The notes under the pieces were generated by a model. It was given only the letters and a program-made list of their open reading frames with translations. It was not told the DNA's origin and did no database searches. DNA of 64,000 nucleotides from Terrimicrobiaceae bacterium (GTDB lineage Bacteria > Verrucomicrobiota > Verrucomicrobiia > Chthoniobacterales > Terrimicrobiaceae). Position 1 is the stretch's first letter. Every line of letters starts with the position of its first letter. A program made the translations under genes and the position numbers. Location: the NCBI GenBank assembly GCA_041752695.1, contig JBGSVZ010000068.1, positions 23,242 through 87,241 of the forward strand, given 5' to 3'. Positions 50,501 through 58,846 of the stretch are shown piece by piece.

Positions 50501-51636
50501 GAGTGCCCGCTGTGAAGCGGATTGACTCGACGATTGACTTTGGATTCGGCAGCGGCACGGGACCTGCTCCTGCCGTTGGGAGCAATATTTCCGTGCGTTG
50601 GACGGGTTGGATCATCCCGCAGTATAGCGAAGACTACCTGATTATTCCGAACGTGGACGACGGTGCCCGCGTATGGGTTAATGGTGTCAAGGTGGTCGAT
50701 GAATGGAGCGGTGGTCCTCCGCGTGATCTGACGGCCACACCCATCGCCTTGCAAGCTAACGTGCCCGCAAAAGTTGTGATGGAGTATTACAATGGGGGAA
50801 ATGGTTCGGCCAAACTTCAATGGCAAAGCCCTTCGCGGAGCAAGCAGACCATTCCCGCCGCTTCCTGGCGATCGGAAGACCCGAATTACAATCGGGCTCC
50901 GATTCTCGAGAGTCTGTCGGACCAGGATGGTGTCGCGGGCGCTGCGGTGACTTTGACCCCCTCAGCCAGCGACGATGGTCTGCCCCTCGTTCCGGGCCTT
51001 GTTGGCTACGCGTGGAGCCAAATCTCGGGGTCCGCGTTGGGATCTTTCAGTGATTCGACGTCCCCCATCACGACGTTCACTTCGCCGAGCGTCGGCAGCT
51101 ATCTGCTACGTCTGCAGGCTGATGACGGCGAGATCAGGGTTGCGCGAGAATTTACCCTTAACCTGATCGCACCCTCCTTGAGCTTTGGCTCCTGGATGGC
51201 AGGCTACTCAGGCCTCTCGGGAGACGATGCACTTACCTCGGCCGATCCCGATGGCGATGGCCTGAGCAACTTCCTTGAGTATGCCTTTTCCCTAGATCCT
51301 ACTCTCGCCAACGCCGCAAATGCACCCGCCGTGACAATGGTTGAGGGCTCGGGTGACGAGACTGGGAACCAATATCTGACCATCACCTACCGACAGCGCT
51401 CCGGCGGAACAGGCACGATCGGGGTCGATTATACCGCAGCCGGAGTGATTTATGGGGTGGAAGTCTCGGATACCCTATCCCCTCTCTCCTGGAATGCCGG
51501 CACCGCATGGGTCGAAGCCGTCGGCCTTCCGGCGGACAATGGCGATGGAACCCAGACCGTCATTGTGCGCAGAAAGTTGCCCCTCGGGGACACACCCAAA
51601 TCTTTCATCCGGTTGCGGGCTATTAGTTCGCAGTAA
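44518..51636 (+). CDS. Giant secreted multidomain metzincin metallopeptidase/adhesin (M11-like) with PKD, two PA14, Ig-like/Calx-beta repeats and verrucomicrobial C-terminal domain
   Basis: HEWGHNWGVHH zinc motif with downstream EYGD...DIMG Met-turn; PKD YDWDFGDG; PA14 motifs SDDGSRLYI and VDDGARVWVNG; LTFTPSNWNLPQTVT; ends KSFIRLRA. Confidence 0.85.
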   Translation: MSSRFLVLKCLVCVAIFALAAGAGRLFLSAQSGILSPAASPTEPVPQKVVGKVRHTVSSMPTNSGGTQNRPDAFFSVPVVVQPPPAMAKFDEWTDRYLAASVGPKRDGLVAEGVALAQSRRPEMKQLIEADPGQALLLAVPPKVRAALPAAILPEIEREISGEGFLGVLAICGPDTDAGAQAAVDSAAPLDRIEREVWIGGEQFRAHVSRPELAMLTQEDASINGVAIDNELALRQEKIVLVPPEDVPNIDSTTPGVAGIYKGAWYWFEDMDQLAAFEKSLEVQPSEFPTAASGPTLDPASPPPQPSPPTIAYNAYDGPYSWQRGPKTVMVYLVRPSDAPAWTNPPDYNTLNSQLDESSRAYFQASYGKTWFGPKYVYPGQANELLIPRLVVTQVLNLPKTAAEYTANFGQLYFDCVAAAQAQGGTFATDQIHDPSKYDRQVVMSNVKMIGSTGLAFLGGRFAWLGNSLNGSVALHEWGHNWGVHHANYWVGNNGLPRNPQGTTTEYGDGADIMGGGGTMFNALFKQNLGFLDENQGDLVQVTASGTYRLFNHTDPYGDTETSRVRGLIIPGSNWTSNRIVLGYRHEAGVEGGPSRNDWDRGAVQLHTLMPSGPQSQYLDITPGSNADDDRTDGSLKVGRTYSEVASLNPTQIFGGVHITPVGSGTTSAGGRSHSWIDVAVNYGGASPNAPTGSIATSNGMPSVGQPVTLTVSASDADGNPLAYDWDFGDGKLSITNSNVQTKSWSTPGFYRVNCTVSDMTGRSTVVSAWINVGNLPYRTPEDPAATMPGLAYRYYEGSFPTMPDFSKLFPLQSGTVTTFSISNRLVNDGFSYLYEGYLDVPVSDVYTFHLDSDDGSRLYIGNSLVVDGNALRSSSEEAKGNIALSAGRHAIRVEFFHQGGAEDLLVSWSTISSGKQPIPSSALSQIDWGGNVVPIAAVSAPIDGSIYPSGASVTLLTNASDTNGIAAVRYFEGQNFIGESSTGPNFGFTWQNVSSGVHTVRAVAYDATGRWTISNTISFELRAPEAANVISVNFTGNSSDVVTSGEKAGAVQFVKGWNNLVGSIGSLSNLKDQTDTATSAVISTDLSQSFTTTGGTPDGNGRLMRNGFWDRDGGNGRVSVNAIPYPEYDVYVYLDAPLNPFDSVEDITLGSYTLNGITRYARNSLVHGDALGDYPTYDTWTGMKEAAATTTSAPAGESLGNYIVFRGVTDPTLTLDVQQKRAVNGIQIVQVPVSSPRVILRQSVGSTVVTEGGEVDSYTVELSVAPTANVTVTIIPDGQVTASAGTLTFTPSNWNLPQTVTLTAVDDALNESSPHAATINHAVGGSGIYGAISDRQIAVSVTDNDRPTVSVYPIGRATEGGANGTLRFVRAATLAAGGSQTVSFAALGGSGLSLTSDITLSGGSATINTGAGTGTVTFPSNATTVDVTVMANDDAVVESFESLTVTVTASPGYNLGSSTVAVLKVHDNDSINRWTQYFVNSGSEPTSFEANFDCNNKKITFTPDGSSSIYSASMISASSFSSSTTGHQQLVTATSYYYSAPYQVSYPSKFFGTTYSTLWISPNGSICMENPGSLSVAPNKYYPSLSTHFTVKRISALFSTGFSAVNGTTTIYVGRIASVTGQERTVVTYNNLVYNGNINNKCSAQVELFDSGVITISWLNGTTPTGVLVGLSDGSGLPSPFAQTNLSDISFGSGNTAPVFASLPLILATQGQTWTYEIRTSEPDGTPSTITAPNKPAWLTLTDVGDGTAILTGIPPASGSFPVVVQVADAALSTSQSFTLTVVPPGGNTLPVFTSSPPLAGTSGDELSYTLGATDADGHTLTFTRANLPGWLTLTPTGGGTALLTGTIPAGLPISFDLAVSVGDGVSVTTQSWRMTLNSRPQIQMLRPTAARPWLSSTDARLVLDARVTDDGLPTNTFTTTWSTVSGPGEVVFDDSAAASTLASFPMPGVYLIRLSADDGSGPTTHDFPVYIGTSPIAPLGVNGEYYNGTAFAGVPAVKRIDSTIDFGFGSGTGPAPAVGSNISVRWTGWIIPQYSEDYLIIPNVDDGARVWVNGVKVVDEWSGGPPRDLTATPIALQANVPAKVVMEYYNGGNGSAKLQWQSPSRSKQTIPAASWRSEDPNYNRAPILESLSDQDGVAGAAVTLTPSASDDGLPLVPGLVGYAWSQISGSALGSFSDSTSPITTFTSPSVGSYLLRLQADDGEIRVAREFTLNLIAPSLSFGSWMAGYSGLSGDDALTSADPDGDGLSNFLEYAFSLDPTLANAANAPAVTMVEGSGDETGNQYLTITYRQRSGGTGTIGVDYTAAGVIYGVEVSDTLSPLSWNAGTAWVEAVGLPADNGDGTQTVIVRRKLPLGDTPKSFIRLRAISSQ

Positions 51637-51772
51637 GAAAGCTTTCTAGACCACAGTCAGAATATGAACATTCAACATTACGTCGTTCTCAGACGCTCGC
51701 CATCTTGCAAGGCGCCCGCGCAAAAATCCGCAACAACTGTGCAGTCCTGGTCCCTTGGCCCAAAATTTAAAA

Positions 51773-51787
51773 TGGCGCGGAACTTGA
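51773..51787 (+). promoter_or_regulatory. Candidate sigma-54 (-24/-12) promoter
   Basis: TGGCGCG-gaac-TTGA versus consensus TGGCACG-N4-TTGC: correct spacing, two mismatches, in an AT-rich intergenic region upstream of the TPR/Exb operon. Confidence 0.3.
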
Positions 51788-52478
51788 AGCCATTTCAAAC
51801 GATTTAACAACAAAAAGACCCCACTCCTATCAATTAAGTGCAGATTATGTTTATGAATCCCCTATGGCCGTTGGAACGATCTTCGGAGGACATCTCTCAA
51901 GGGGGGATGCAGCAAAAGTCGATGAATGCCTGTCCCCAGTGAATTCGCAGGATGTTGCCGCATTTAAAGGGCCGGCCATGTCAAACGGCCCGGGCGTTAA
52001 TAATGAAGGACTCTATCGTTCGGATCGGAATTCTGCTGGGTGCGATCCTGTCGCCAGATCATTTCGGGATCGTAACATCCGTAACGTTTTTAAGCCAATG
52101 GGGGAAGAAATTCGGTGCTTAGGCGGTAGAGAGCATCTGGGAGATTTCAGCAAACGCCAAGTGGGCGCGTTGGAGCTTGAGATGCGGACCGAACATCGCC
52201 ATGGCAAACGCTACCATTCGTGCTTTTGTGGGGATTTTGTGGATAGTAACTTCAAACGTCGATTCAAATTTGGACCGCGTTGGCCGGGATGGAGGACATC
52301 ACCTTGATTGCGCAAATGTGGAAAAATAAAACGGTCGTTTGGCTTCTCATTAAATTGTCCCCACACCATATTGGTTTTGTGAACCCCTTGGATCTCCCGA
52401 CAGCCAGCGGACCTATAGTCCCTTAAAGCCCGCGACGCCTGTAATTGCTCACTACCCGTGCATAATGCCAATCAACAG

Positions 52479-55364
52479 ATGCGCGTCCTCCGTCTTATCC
52501 TGTCCAGACGTTTGGCCATTTCGAGCCTCGGTGTCTTGATAAACGGCTGGATCGCCTTGGTTTGCTTCAGCGGCATTTTTGGTGGGCTCTTGCTGAGCAG
52601 CCAGCCCGTTCTCGCCCAATCCCCATTGCCGCCGGCCCAGGCCCTGGACAAGACCTTTCAGGATGGCATGGCTGCGTTCCAAGCGGGAGATTTTCCCGCG
52701 GCGATTGCGGCACTGAGCATTGTCGCTGAACAGGCTGAAGCTTCACCGGCTCAGATGGAGCCCGTCATTTTCACGCTTGGCGCTGCCTACTTCAATGCCA
52801 AGGATTACAAGAATGCGATCCTGACTTTACAAGCATTCTTATCGAAATACCCCCAGTCGTTGCGTGCACCGGAAGCCACCTTTGCCCTGGCCCAATCGCA
52901 ATTCCAAAGCGGCGACACGGCATCTGCTTCCCAACTCCTGAAGTCGTTGGAAGCTAACCCGCAGTTTTCCGAGCAGGCCTTGCTTTTTCGCGCTGGGGTC
53001 TCAAAAACGGCCGGCCAGATTGACGATGCGATTTCAGCCCTGGAGAAGCTCGTCGGCGGTGAGATCAAAACGAAATTTGCAGCCAAAGGCGCCATGCAAC
53101 TGGCGGCGATTTTGATCGAAAAAGGGATGTATGACAAAGCCCTCAGCGTGCTGGCTCAGTTGGAACGACAAATCGCCCTGGTGGAAAACATAGTTGGTCT
53201 CAATGCCTTGGCAGGGCAATTGGGCGACAAGCTTTTGGCTGAAAAAGCCTATGACCAAGCTCTGGCCTGCTATCGCAAAGTCCGGTCCAAGGAGGCGGTT
53301 GTTAAGGTCCAGCGGGAGCGAATCGCGGAGATGGGGAGGCAGATAGACGCGAATCTGGTAGCGATGCGGGCGAACCCCCAGCTCGCGCCCCGCAATCTGG
53401 CGGCCAACGAAGAAATCCGGGCCAACTTGGAAGAGGCGAAACAGCTCCTGGAAGAATTTGAAAAGCTACCCTCGATCCAGGCGGCGGTCTTTTTGCGGAT
53501 GGCTCGCTGCTTTTATGAGGATCAGAAACAGTGGGAGGCGATCCTGGTTTACGAAGAACTTTTGAAATCCAGTTCGGATGCGATGGAACGCGAACCCGCG
53601 CTCTACGCCTTGGTGACGAGTTATGCCGAGGTCGGTCAGCGCGATCTGGCTCTCGGGAAGGCGGATGAATACCTAAAAGAATTCCCCGCCGGAACGAATG
53701 TGGGAGCCGTCACATACCTGCAAGCCATGATGGCCCTCCAAAATCAAAACTACGCGCAGGCTGAAACGCTGTTTGGCTACATCCTCGAGAATCAGCCGCA
53801 GAACGAAATGCGCGAGCAGATACGCCTCCTTCTGGGCAATGTGCAGTTTGGCCAGGGCAAATACGAAGAAGCGGTGGCTCAATACCAAAAATATCTCACG
53901 GAGTATCCTAGTGGAATTAATGCGGAAGAAGCTGAATATCGCATCGCCATGGCCCGACTCTTCGCGGGCAAATACGAGGACGCCTTCGGGGCGCTCACCA
54001 AGTATACCGAAAAATTTCCCTCGGGGGCCTTTGTCGAAGATGCAAAATATCGCCTCGCCGTTTGTAAATATGCGGCGCAGGATTACGATCAAGTCGTCGC
54101 CGCCTGCGAAGCCTGGGCGAACGAGTACCCCGGCAGCGAGCAGTTGGGGGAGGTCGATGCGCTGCTGGGCGATGCCTTTGCCGCCAAGGGGCAAACCGAT
54201 GAGGCGCTCGCCGCCTATACCAAGGCTTATAAGGCGGCCACCACTGATGAAGTGCTGAACTACGCACTCTTTGAAGCCAGCAAGATTCTCCAGAAAAAAG
54301 GGGACTGGGAAAATGTGTCCGCGATGTTCGAGGAGTTCGTGAAGGAAAACCCGGAGCATCCGACCGTTGTGGCGGCTTTGTTTTGGATCGGTAAGGCCAA
54401 GGCGCGAATGGGCCGGGCGGATGAAGCTAAGCAGTTCTTTGCCGACACCATTAAGAAATACATCGACGATCCCTCCCGCGAGGCGGTCGAACAAATGCTC
54501 ACCCAACTCGTTCAACTATGCGTGAAGAAACCGCGGACGGCGTCCTCCGACGCCACAGCCACCCCGTCTCCCGCGCCGGTTTTCGATCCTTCTGCCGAAC
54601 TCGACAAACTGCTGGGATTTTCCGCCGAGACTGCCACGGCCAAAGCCCGGGTGCTGTTTGCCAAATCCGAGTTGGCCAGGCTGCGCAAGCAATCTCCCGA
54701 ACAGGAAAGGAACCTTCAGCAGATTGTGGATTCGACGAAGCCCGAAGCCTTGAGCCCGGGCATTCTCGGGCCGGTCGGGGATTTCCTCTTGAGCAAGGGC
54801 AAACTGGACCAGGCGCAAACGTTTTACGTGGCGCTGATGGATTCTTATCCCAAGAGCGAGGTGGTGGATTTTGCCTATTCCGGTCTGGGCGAGATTGCCT
54901 ACCGCAGAGGGGATTTTCCGCTCGCTTACAAGTTTTTTAATGATGGGACAGTCAAAATCGCGGCCGCCCAGAAATTGCGGGATGTGACGCTCGGTCGAGG
55001 CAAGGCTCTGCTCGCGCTGGGGCGGGACGAAGAAGCCAAAAAGCTTTTTGAGCAGGTGGCGTCTGTCCGGGAATGGCGGGGAGAAGCCACTGCCGAAAGT
55101 GTGTATTCACTTGGAGAAATTGAGGCGAAACGGGGACGTTGGGCTGAGGCGAACGCCTATTTTCAACGCGTTTTTGTTGCCTACCGCAAGTTTCTCCCCT
55201 GGGTGGCTAAAGCCTATGTCAAGAGCGCGGAGTGTTTGGAGAAGCTCGGCAAATCCCAGGAGGCTCTCAACACGTACAACGAGCTGCTTCGCCAGGAAAA
55301 TCTCGCAACGATGCCCGAAGCGGAAATCGCCCGACAACGCGTCAAGGAGATGGCAAAAGGATGA
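52479..55364 (+). CDS. Large exported tetratricopeptide-repeat protein
   Basis: N-terminal hydrophobic segment ending VLA-Q; many TPR/BamD-like units (FLSKYPQS, YLKEFPAG, YLTEYPSG, YTEKFPSG, FVKENPEH). Start uncertain. Confidence 0.88.
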   Translation: MRVLRLILSRRLAISSLGVLINGWIALVCFSGIFGGLLLSSQPVLAQSPLPPAQALDKTFQDGMAAFQAGDFPAAIAALSIVAEQAEASPAQMEPVIFTLGAAYFNAKDYKNAILTLQAFLSKYPQSLRAPEATFALAQSQFQSGDTASASQLLKSLEANPQFSEQALLFRAGVSKTAGQIDDAISALEKLVGGEIKTKFAAKGAMQLAAILIEKGMYDKALSVLAQLERQIALVENIVGLNALAGQLGDKLLAEKAYDQALACYRKVRSKEAVVKVQRERIAEMGRQIDANLVAMRANPQLAPRNLAANEEIRANLEEAKQLLEEFEKLPSIQAAVFLRMARCFYEDQKQWEAILVYEELLKSSSDAMEREPALYALVTSYAEVGQRDLALGKADEYLKEFPAGTNVGAVTYLQAMMALQNQNYAQAETLFGYILENQPQNEMREQIRLLLGNVQFGQGKYEEAVAQYQKYLTEYPSGINAEEAEYRIAMARLFAGKYEDAFGALTKYTEKFPSGAFVEDAKYRLAVCKYAAQDYDQVVAACEAWANEYPGSEQLGEVDALLGDAFAAKGQTDEALAAYTKAYKAATTDEVLNYALFEASKILQKKGDWENVSAMFEEFVKENPEHPTVVAALFWIGKAKARMGRADEAKQFFADTIKKYIDDPSREAVEQMLTQLVQLCVKKPRTASSDATATPSPAPVFDPSAELDKLLGFSAETATAKARVLFAKSELARLRKQSPEQERNLQQIVDSTKPEALSPGILGPVGDFLLSKGKLDQAQTFYVALMDSYPKSEVVDFAYSGLGEIAYRRGDFPLAYKFFNDGTVKIAAAQKLRDVTLGRGKALLALGRDEEAKKLFEQVASVREWRGEATAESVYSLGEIEAKRGRWAEANAYFQRVFVAYRKFLPWVAKAYVKSAECLEKLGKSQEALNTYNELLRQENLATMPEAEIARQRVKEMAKG

Positions 55365-56242
55365 AAAACCGGGGATGGAGAGCCTTTTGCCGCCTTGTTT
55401 GTTTCGTGCTGATCACGGGTGTTTCGGCTCACGCGCAGAATGTGATCCTCAAAGATGGTCGGACCGTTGAGGGGATAAATCTGCGGCGTAGCGGGGCGAC
55501 GATTATGACCGCCGTCAAGGCCGGAACCGGTCAGGGCGAATTGGGCATTCCGGCTAACACCATCGCGCGGATTGAGTTTCAGGAACCCCCACAAATCGCC
55601 GCCGTCGCCAATCTGCTCGCACAAGGCAAAGTCGCGGAAGGACTGCCACTCATCGAGCAAGTCATGGCACAGCAGGCTCCCTTTAAGGATATCCCGGGGA
55701 ATAGGTGGGCCCAAGCGGCTATATTGAAGATCACGCTCCTGATGTCGCTTGGCCGGGAGCGAGAGGCCGAACCCGTCATCAATGATTTGATCCGCTATGA
55801 GGCCGATCCGGAAGCTGTCCTTATTGCCAAGTTGAAGCAGGCCGAAATTCTCTCGAAAAAGGATCCTGCCAAGGCACTGCCCGTCTTCACTGGTCTCTTG
55901 CAGGAAACGATTCGTCCGGAAATTCTCGCAGAGCTCTGGTTGAATATTGGGAACGCCCGCCTGGCGGGGCAGGAGTATCAGCCTGCCCTCCTGGCCTATT
56001 TGCATCTTCCGGTCTTTTTTCCGCAACAGACCCTCTTGGTTCCTGCGGCCCTGCTGGGCAGTTCGCGTGCCTACGTGGGTCTGGACGACCTTCCTCGCGC
56101 CAAGAGGGCCCTCGACGAATTGCTGAGGGATTATCCCAACGCCCCACAGGCAGCCAGCGCCCGAACCGAGCTTCCCCAGATCGAACGAAAATTAAAGGCC
56201 AGGGAATCCGCCAAGCCCGCCGGGGAACCGTCGGCCAACTAG
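55361..56242 (+). CDS. Exported TPR protein with small N-terminal beta domain
   Basis: Signal peptide ending SAHA; VILKDGRTVEG; ALLAYLHLPVFFP; LLRDYPNAPQA. ATGA overlap with the upstream gene. Confidence 0.82.
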   Translation: MKNRGWRAFCRLVCFVLITGVSAHAQNVILKDGRTVEGINLRRSGATIMTAVKAGTGQGELGIPANTIARIEFQEPPQIAAVANLLAQGKVAEGLPLIEQVMAQQAPFKDIPGNRWAQAAILKITLLMSLGREREAEPVINDLIRYEADPEAVLIAKLKQAEILSKKDPAKALPVFTGLLQETIRPEILAELWLNIGNARLAGQEYQPALLAYLHLPVFFPQQTLLVPAALLGSSRAYVGLDDLPRAKRALDELLRDYPNAPQAASARTELPQIERKLKARESAKPAGEPSAN

Positions 56243-56252
56243 GAGTCATGCC

Positions 56253-57515
56253 GTGCTCATGATCGAAAGCCGCTATATTGTTCAGGACGCCATTGGGGAG
56301 GGTGGCAGCGGAAGTATTTTTCGCGCCTGGGATACCCAGTTGGGCCGTTACGTCGCCATCAAGCGGATTCGTGAGGACGCGAAAATTGCGGCGAAGCTCG
56401 AGAGGGAAGCCGCCATCCTGGCCAGTCTCAATCATCCTAATATCGTCACCATCCATGATTTTGACCTCGATGAACACGGCCCGTTCGTCGTGATGGAGCT
56501 GGTAAACGGTCGCACCCTCGAGGAGATTGTCGAGGCCAGACCCCTCCGCCTCCCGGGATTCATCGAACTTGTCAATCAAGTCTGCCGCGGGCTTTTTGCG
56601 GCGCACAACCAAAAGTTATTCCACCAGGATATCAAACCGGGGAATCTCATGGTGCATCTGCACGACGATAAATCATTTACTGTCAAGATTCTCGATTTTG
56701 GTCTCGCTGCCTTGGAGGAAACGAATCAGGACGGAGTCGTTCTCGCCTCGCCCTTAACGGTTTCGCCGGAACAACTGACACATCGACCGGTCGACGCCCG
56801 TTCCGACATCTACTCGCTCGGCTGCGTGTTCTATTTTGCTCTGACCGGAAAGTATCCCCATGACGGCAGCGTGGACGCCATCGTTCAGGCTCATCTTCAT
56901 CAAACTGCGGTCGCGCCGCATTTGCTGCGTCCCGATATTCCTGAGGCGCTCTCCGCGCAGATCCTCAGGATGCTTGCCAGGGATCCTGCGGACCGCCCCC
57001 AAACTGCGGAGCACGTTCGGAAGGAAATTGTCGATTCCGTCCGACCGCCTACTTCGCCGCTTCCGGTCCCGAAAAGAAGGCCGTCTCTGCTTGCCCTGGT
57101 CGTTGCTTTAGCTGTCTTCGCGGTTCTCGGCGTGGTCGGCTGGTTGCTGACCCGGAAGGCGGTGCCGCCCATCGTGTCGCCCGCAGCCACTTTGGCCGAT
57201 GTCTCGAATTTCCCGGCTCCCACCCGGGTGGATCCTCTGGACGCGCCCTCCTTTCCGGCAGCACACGGCCTCCCGGTGATTACCGAGGGAACCCCCGTTT
57301 CAATGAGTGAAAGTCGGCTTTTGGGAACTCTCAATCTCGCCTTCGCGGAGGACGAGAAGGACACTTTAACGCTGGCCTTTCCCTCTACAAAATTTACCGC
57401 CGAGCAAGTTGGAGGCTACATCGGAAAGCGCGTTCGAGCCACCGGTGTGGTGAGCGAACGCCTCGGTAGTTATCGCGTAACCGTTGAAGAACCCTCTGCC
57501 ATCGAAATTCAATAA
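56253..57515 (+). CDS. Membrane-anchored Hanks-type Ser/Thr protein kinase (non-RD) with C-terminal OB-fold-like domain
   Basis: GEGGSG, VAIK, LEREA, HQDIKPGN, DFG, SPE, SDIYSLG; TM LLALVVALAVFAVLGVVGWLL; C-terminal GKRVRATGVV. Confidence 0.92.
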   Translation: MLMIESRYIVQDAIGEGGSGSIFRAWDTQLGRYVAIKRIREDAKIAAKLEREAAILASLNHPNIVTIHDFDLDEHGPFVVMELVNGRTLEEIVEARPLRLPGFIELVNQVCRGLFAAHNQKLFHQDIKPGNLMVHLHDDKSFTVKILDFGLAALEETNQDGVVLASPLTVSPEQLTHRPVDARSDIYSLGCVFYFALTGKYPHDGSVDAIVQAHLHQTAVAPHLLRPDIPEALSAQILRMLARDPADRPQTAEHVRKEIVDSVRPPTSPLPVPKRRPSLLALVVALAVFAVLGVVGWLLTRKAVPPIVSPAATLADVSNFPAPTRVDPLDAPSFPAAHGLPVITEGTPVSMSESRLLGTLNLAFAEDEKDTLTLAFPSTKFTAEQVGGYIGKRVRATGVVSERLGSYRVTVEEPSAIEIQ

Positions 57516-57522
57516 TCATCCC

Positions 57523-58347
57523 ATGCAACCAAAAAACCTGTACCTCCTGATTCTTAGTCTAACCGGCTTAATGCTCTTTTCTTCCACTCTCCCACTCGAG
57601 GCTTCGACCGCCGCTGCAGCTCCGGGCGTCGTGCATAAGTCACTTTGGGAGCAAATCAAAGAAGGCGGCTGGGTCATGTTCCCTATTGCGGCCTGCTCAA
57701 TTCTCACCGTCTATCTGATTGGAGACGGAGTGCTGCGCACCATGCGCAAAAAAACGGCACCGCCCGAGCAGGAAGCGGCGGTCAAACAGCTCTTTTTGGC
57801 CGGGGATTACGTCGGTGCCTACAATTACTGCAAAGCCAACCCATCGCCCCTAGCCAATGTGCTCCGTGTCGGGGTGAGTCTTCTGGGTGACGGAAAGACT
57901 GTCGTCGAGGCGGGAATGCTGGGTGAACTGGCGAAAGAGAATGCAAAAATGAACACCTACATTAGCTATCTCTCGGTTATTGGTGTTTGTACTCCGATGA
58001 TCGGACTGCTCGGCACAGTCACAGGAATGGTCCGGGCCTTCGCCACCCTGGGAAGCAGCGGAATCGGCGATCCCAGTGCTCTGTCCGGTGCCATTGGCGA
58101 GGTATTGGTGGCCACGGCCAGTGGCCTCTTCATCGCCATTCCCGCCTTCGGGGCCTTCTATTTCCTGCGCAACCGCGCTTCGGATGCCATGCATCACATC
58201 CAGGACATTATCAACTCGCTCTTCCGCAAAATGCCCTACGAGCTCTTGGCCGGGGTTCATATTGGAGACGAGCAACTTTATGCCTCCCAGCCAAACTGGA
58301 TTGCCAACCGCGAAGAGCCCGGGAATGAACCCGAGGCTGCGCTTTAA
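57523..58347 (+). CDS. exbB: MotA/TolQ/ExbB proton channel family protein
   Basis: GGWVMFPI; PMIGLLGTVTGMVRAF; IGEVLVATASGLFIAIPA. Confidence 0.92.
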   Translation: MQPKNLYLLILSLTGLMLFSSTLPLEASTAAAAPGVVHKSLWEQIKEGGWVMFPIAACSILTVYLIGDGVLRTMRKKTAPPEQEAAVKQLFLAGDYVGAYNYCKANPSPLANVLRVGVSLLGDGKTVVEAGMLGELAKENAKMNTYISYLSVIGVCTPMIGLLGTVTGMVRAFATLGSSGIGDPSALSGAIGEVLVATASGLFIAIPAFGAFYFLRNRASDAMHHIQDIINSLFRKMPYELLAGVHIGDEQLYASQPNWIANREEPGNEPEAAL

Positions 58348-58385
58348 TTGATCCCTCGAACGACCCGTGAGGAGGATTTTCTAAA

Positions 58386-58844
58386 ATGGCCGGCGGAGGT
58401 GGAGGGGGAGAGGGCGAACCGGAGTTTCAAATCGCCCCGATGGTCGATGTGCTTCTGGTGATCTTGATTTTCTTCATGACAATCACCTCCGCGCAGGTGC
58501 TGAAGGTGGACAAATCGATTAATCTGCCACTCGCTCCCAACGCGCAAAAAAAAGATAATAGCCGTGCGGAAACCGTCATCAATGTCCGATGGAAACCCGA
58601 CACCAAAAAAGCGGAATTTGTTTTCGATGACAAAGTGTATGCCAAAGCGGAGGACCTTGTCGCTTTGTTGAAGGTAGCCAAAACCGCAGGCGAAAAGCAA
58701 ATCTCCCAGGGTTCAAATCCAAACTTCCGTGCGATCATCCGTGGCGACCGTGAGGTTCCCGCTCTGCACGTTTCGCTCGCGATGAATGCCTGCGCGGAAG
58801 CCGGCATTTCCGACATTTCTTTTTCCGCTGTGAACAAAAACTAA
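58386..58844 (+). CDS. exbD: ExbD/TolR family protein
   Basis: FQIAPMVDVLLVILIFFM with the conserved TM Asp; IIRGDR; CAEAGISDISF. Confidence 0.92.
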   Translation: MAGGGGGGEGEPEFQIAPMVDVLLVILIFFMTITSAQVLKVDKSINLPLAPNAQKKDNSRAETVINVRWKPDTKKAEFVFDDKVYAKAEDLVALLKVAKTAGEKQISQGSNPNFRAIIRGDREVPALHVSLAMNACAEAGISDISFSAVNKN

Positions 58845-58846
58845 CC

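Noticed and set aside
51864..52307. 147-aa ORF as a real gene
   Set aside because: It has no recognisable motif and atypical composition, and the antisense frames contain stops. Left as unexplained intergenic sequence.
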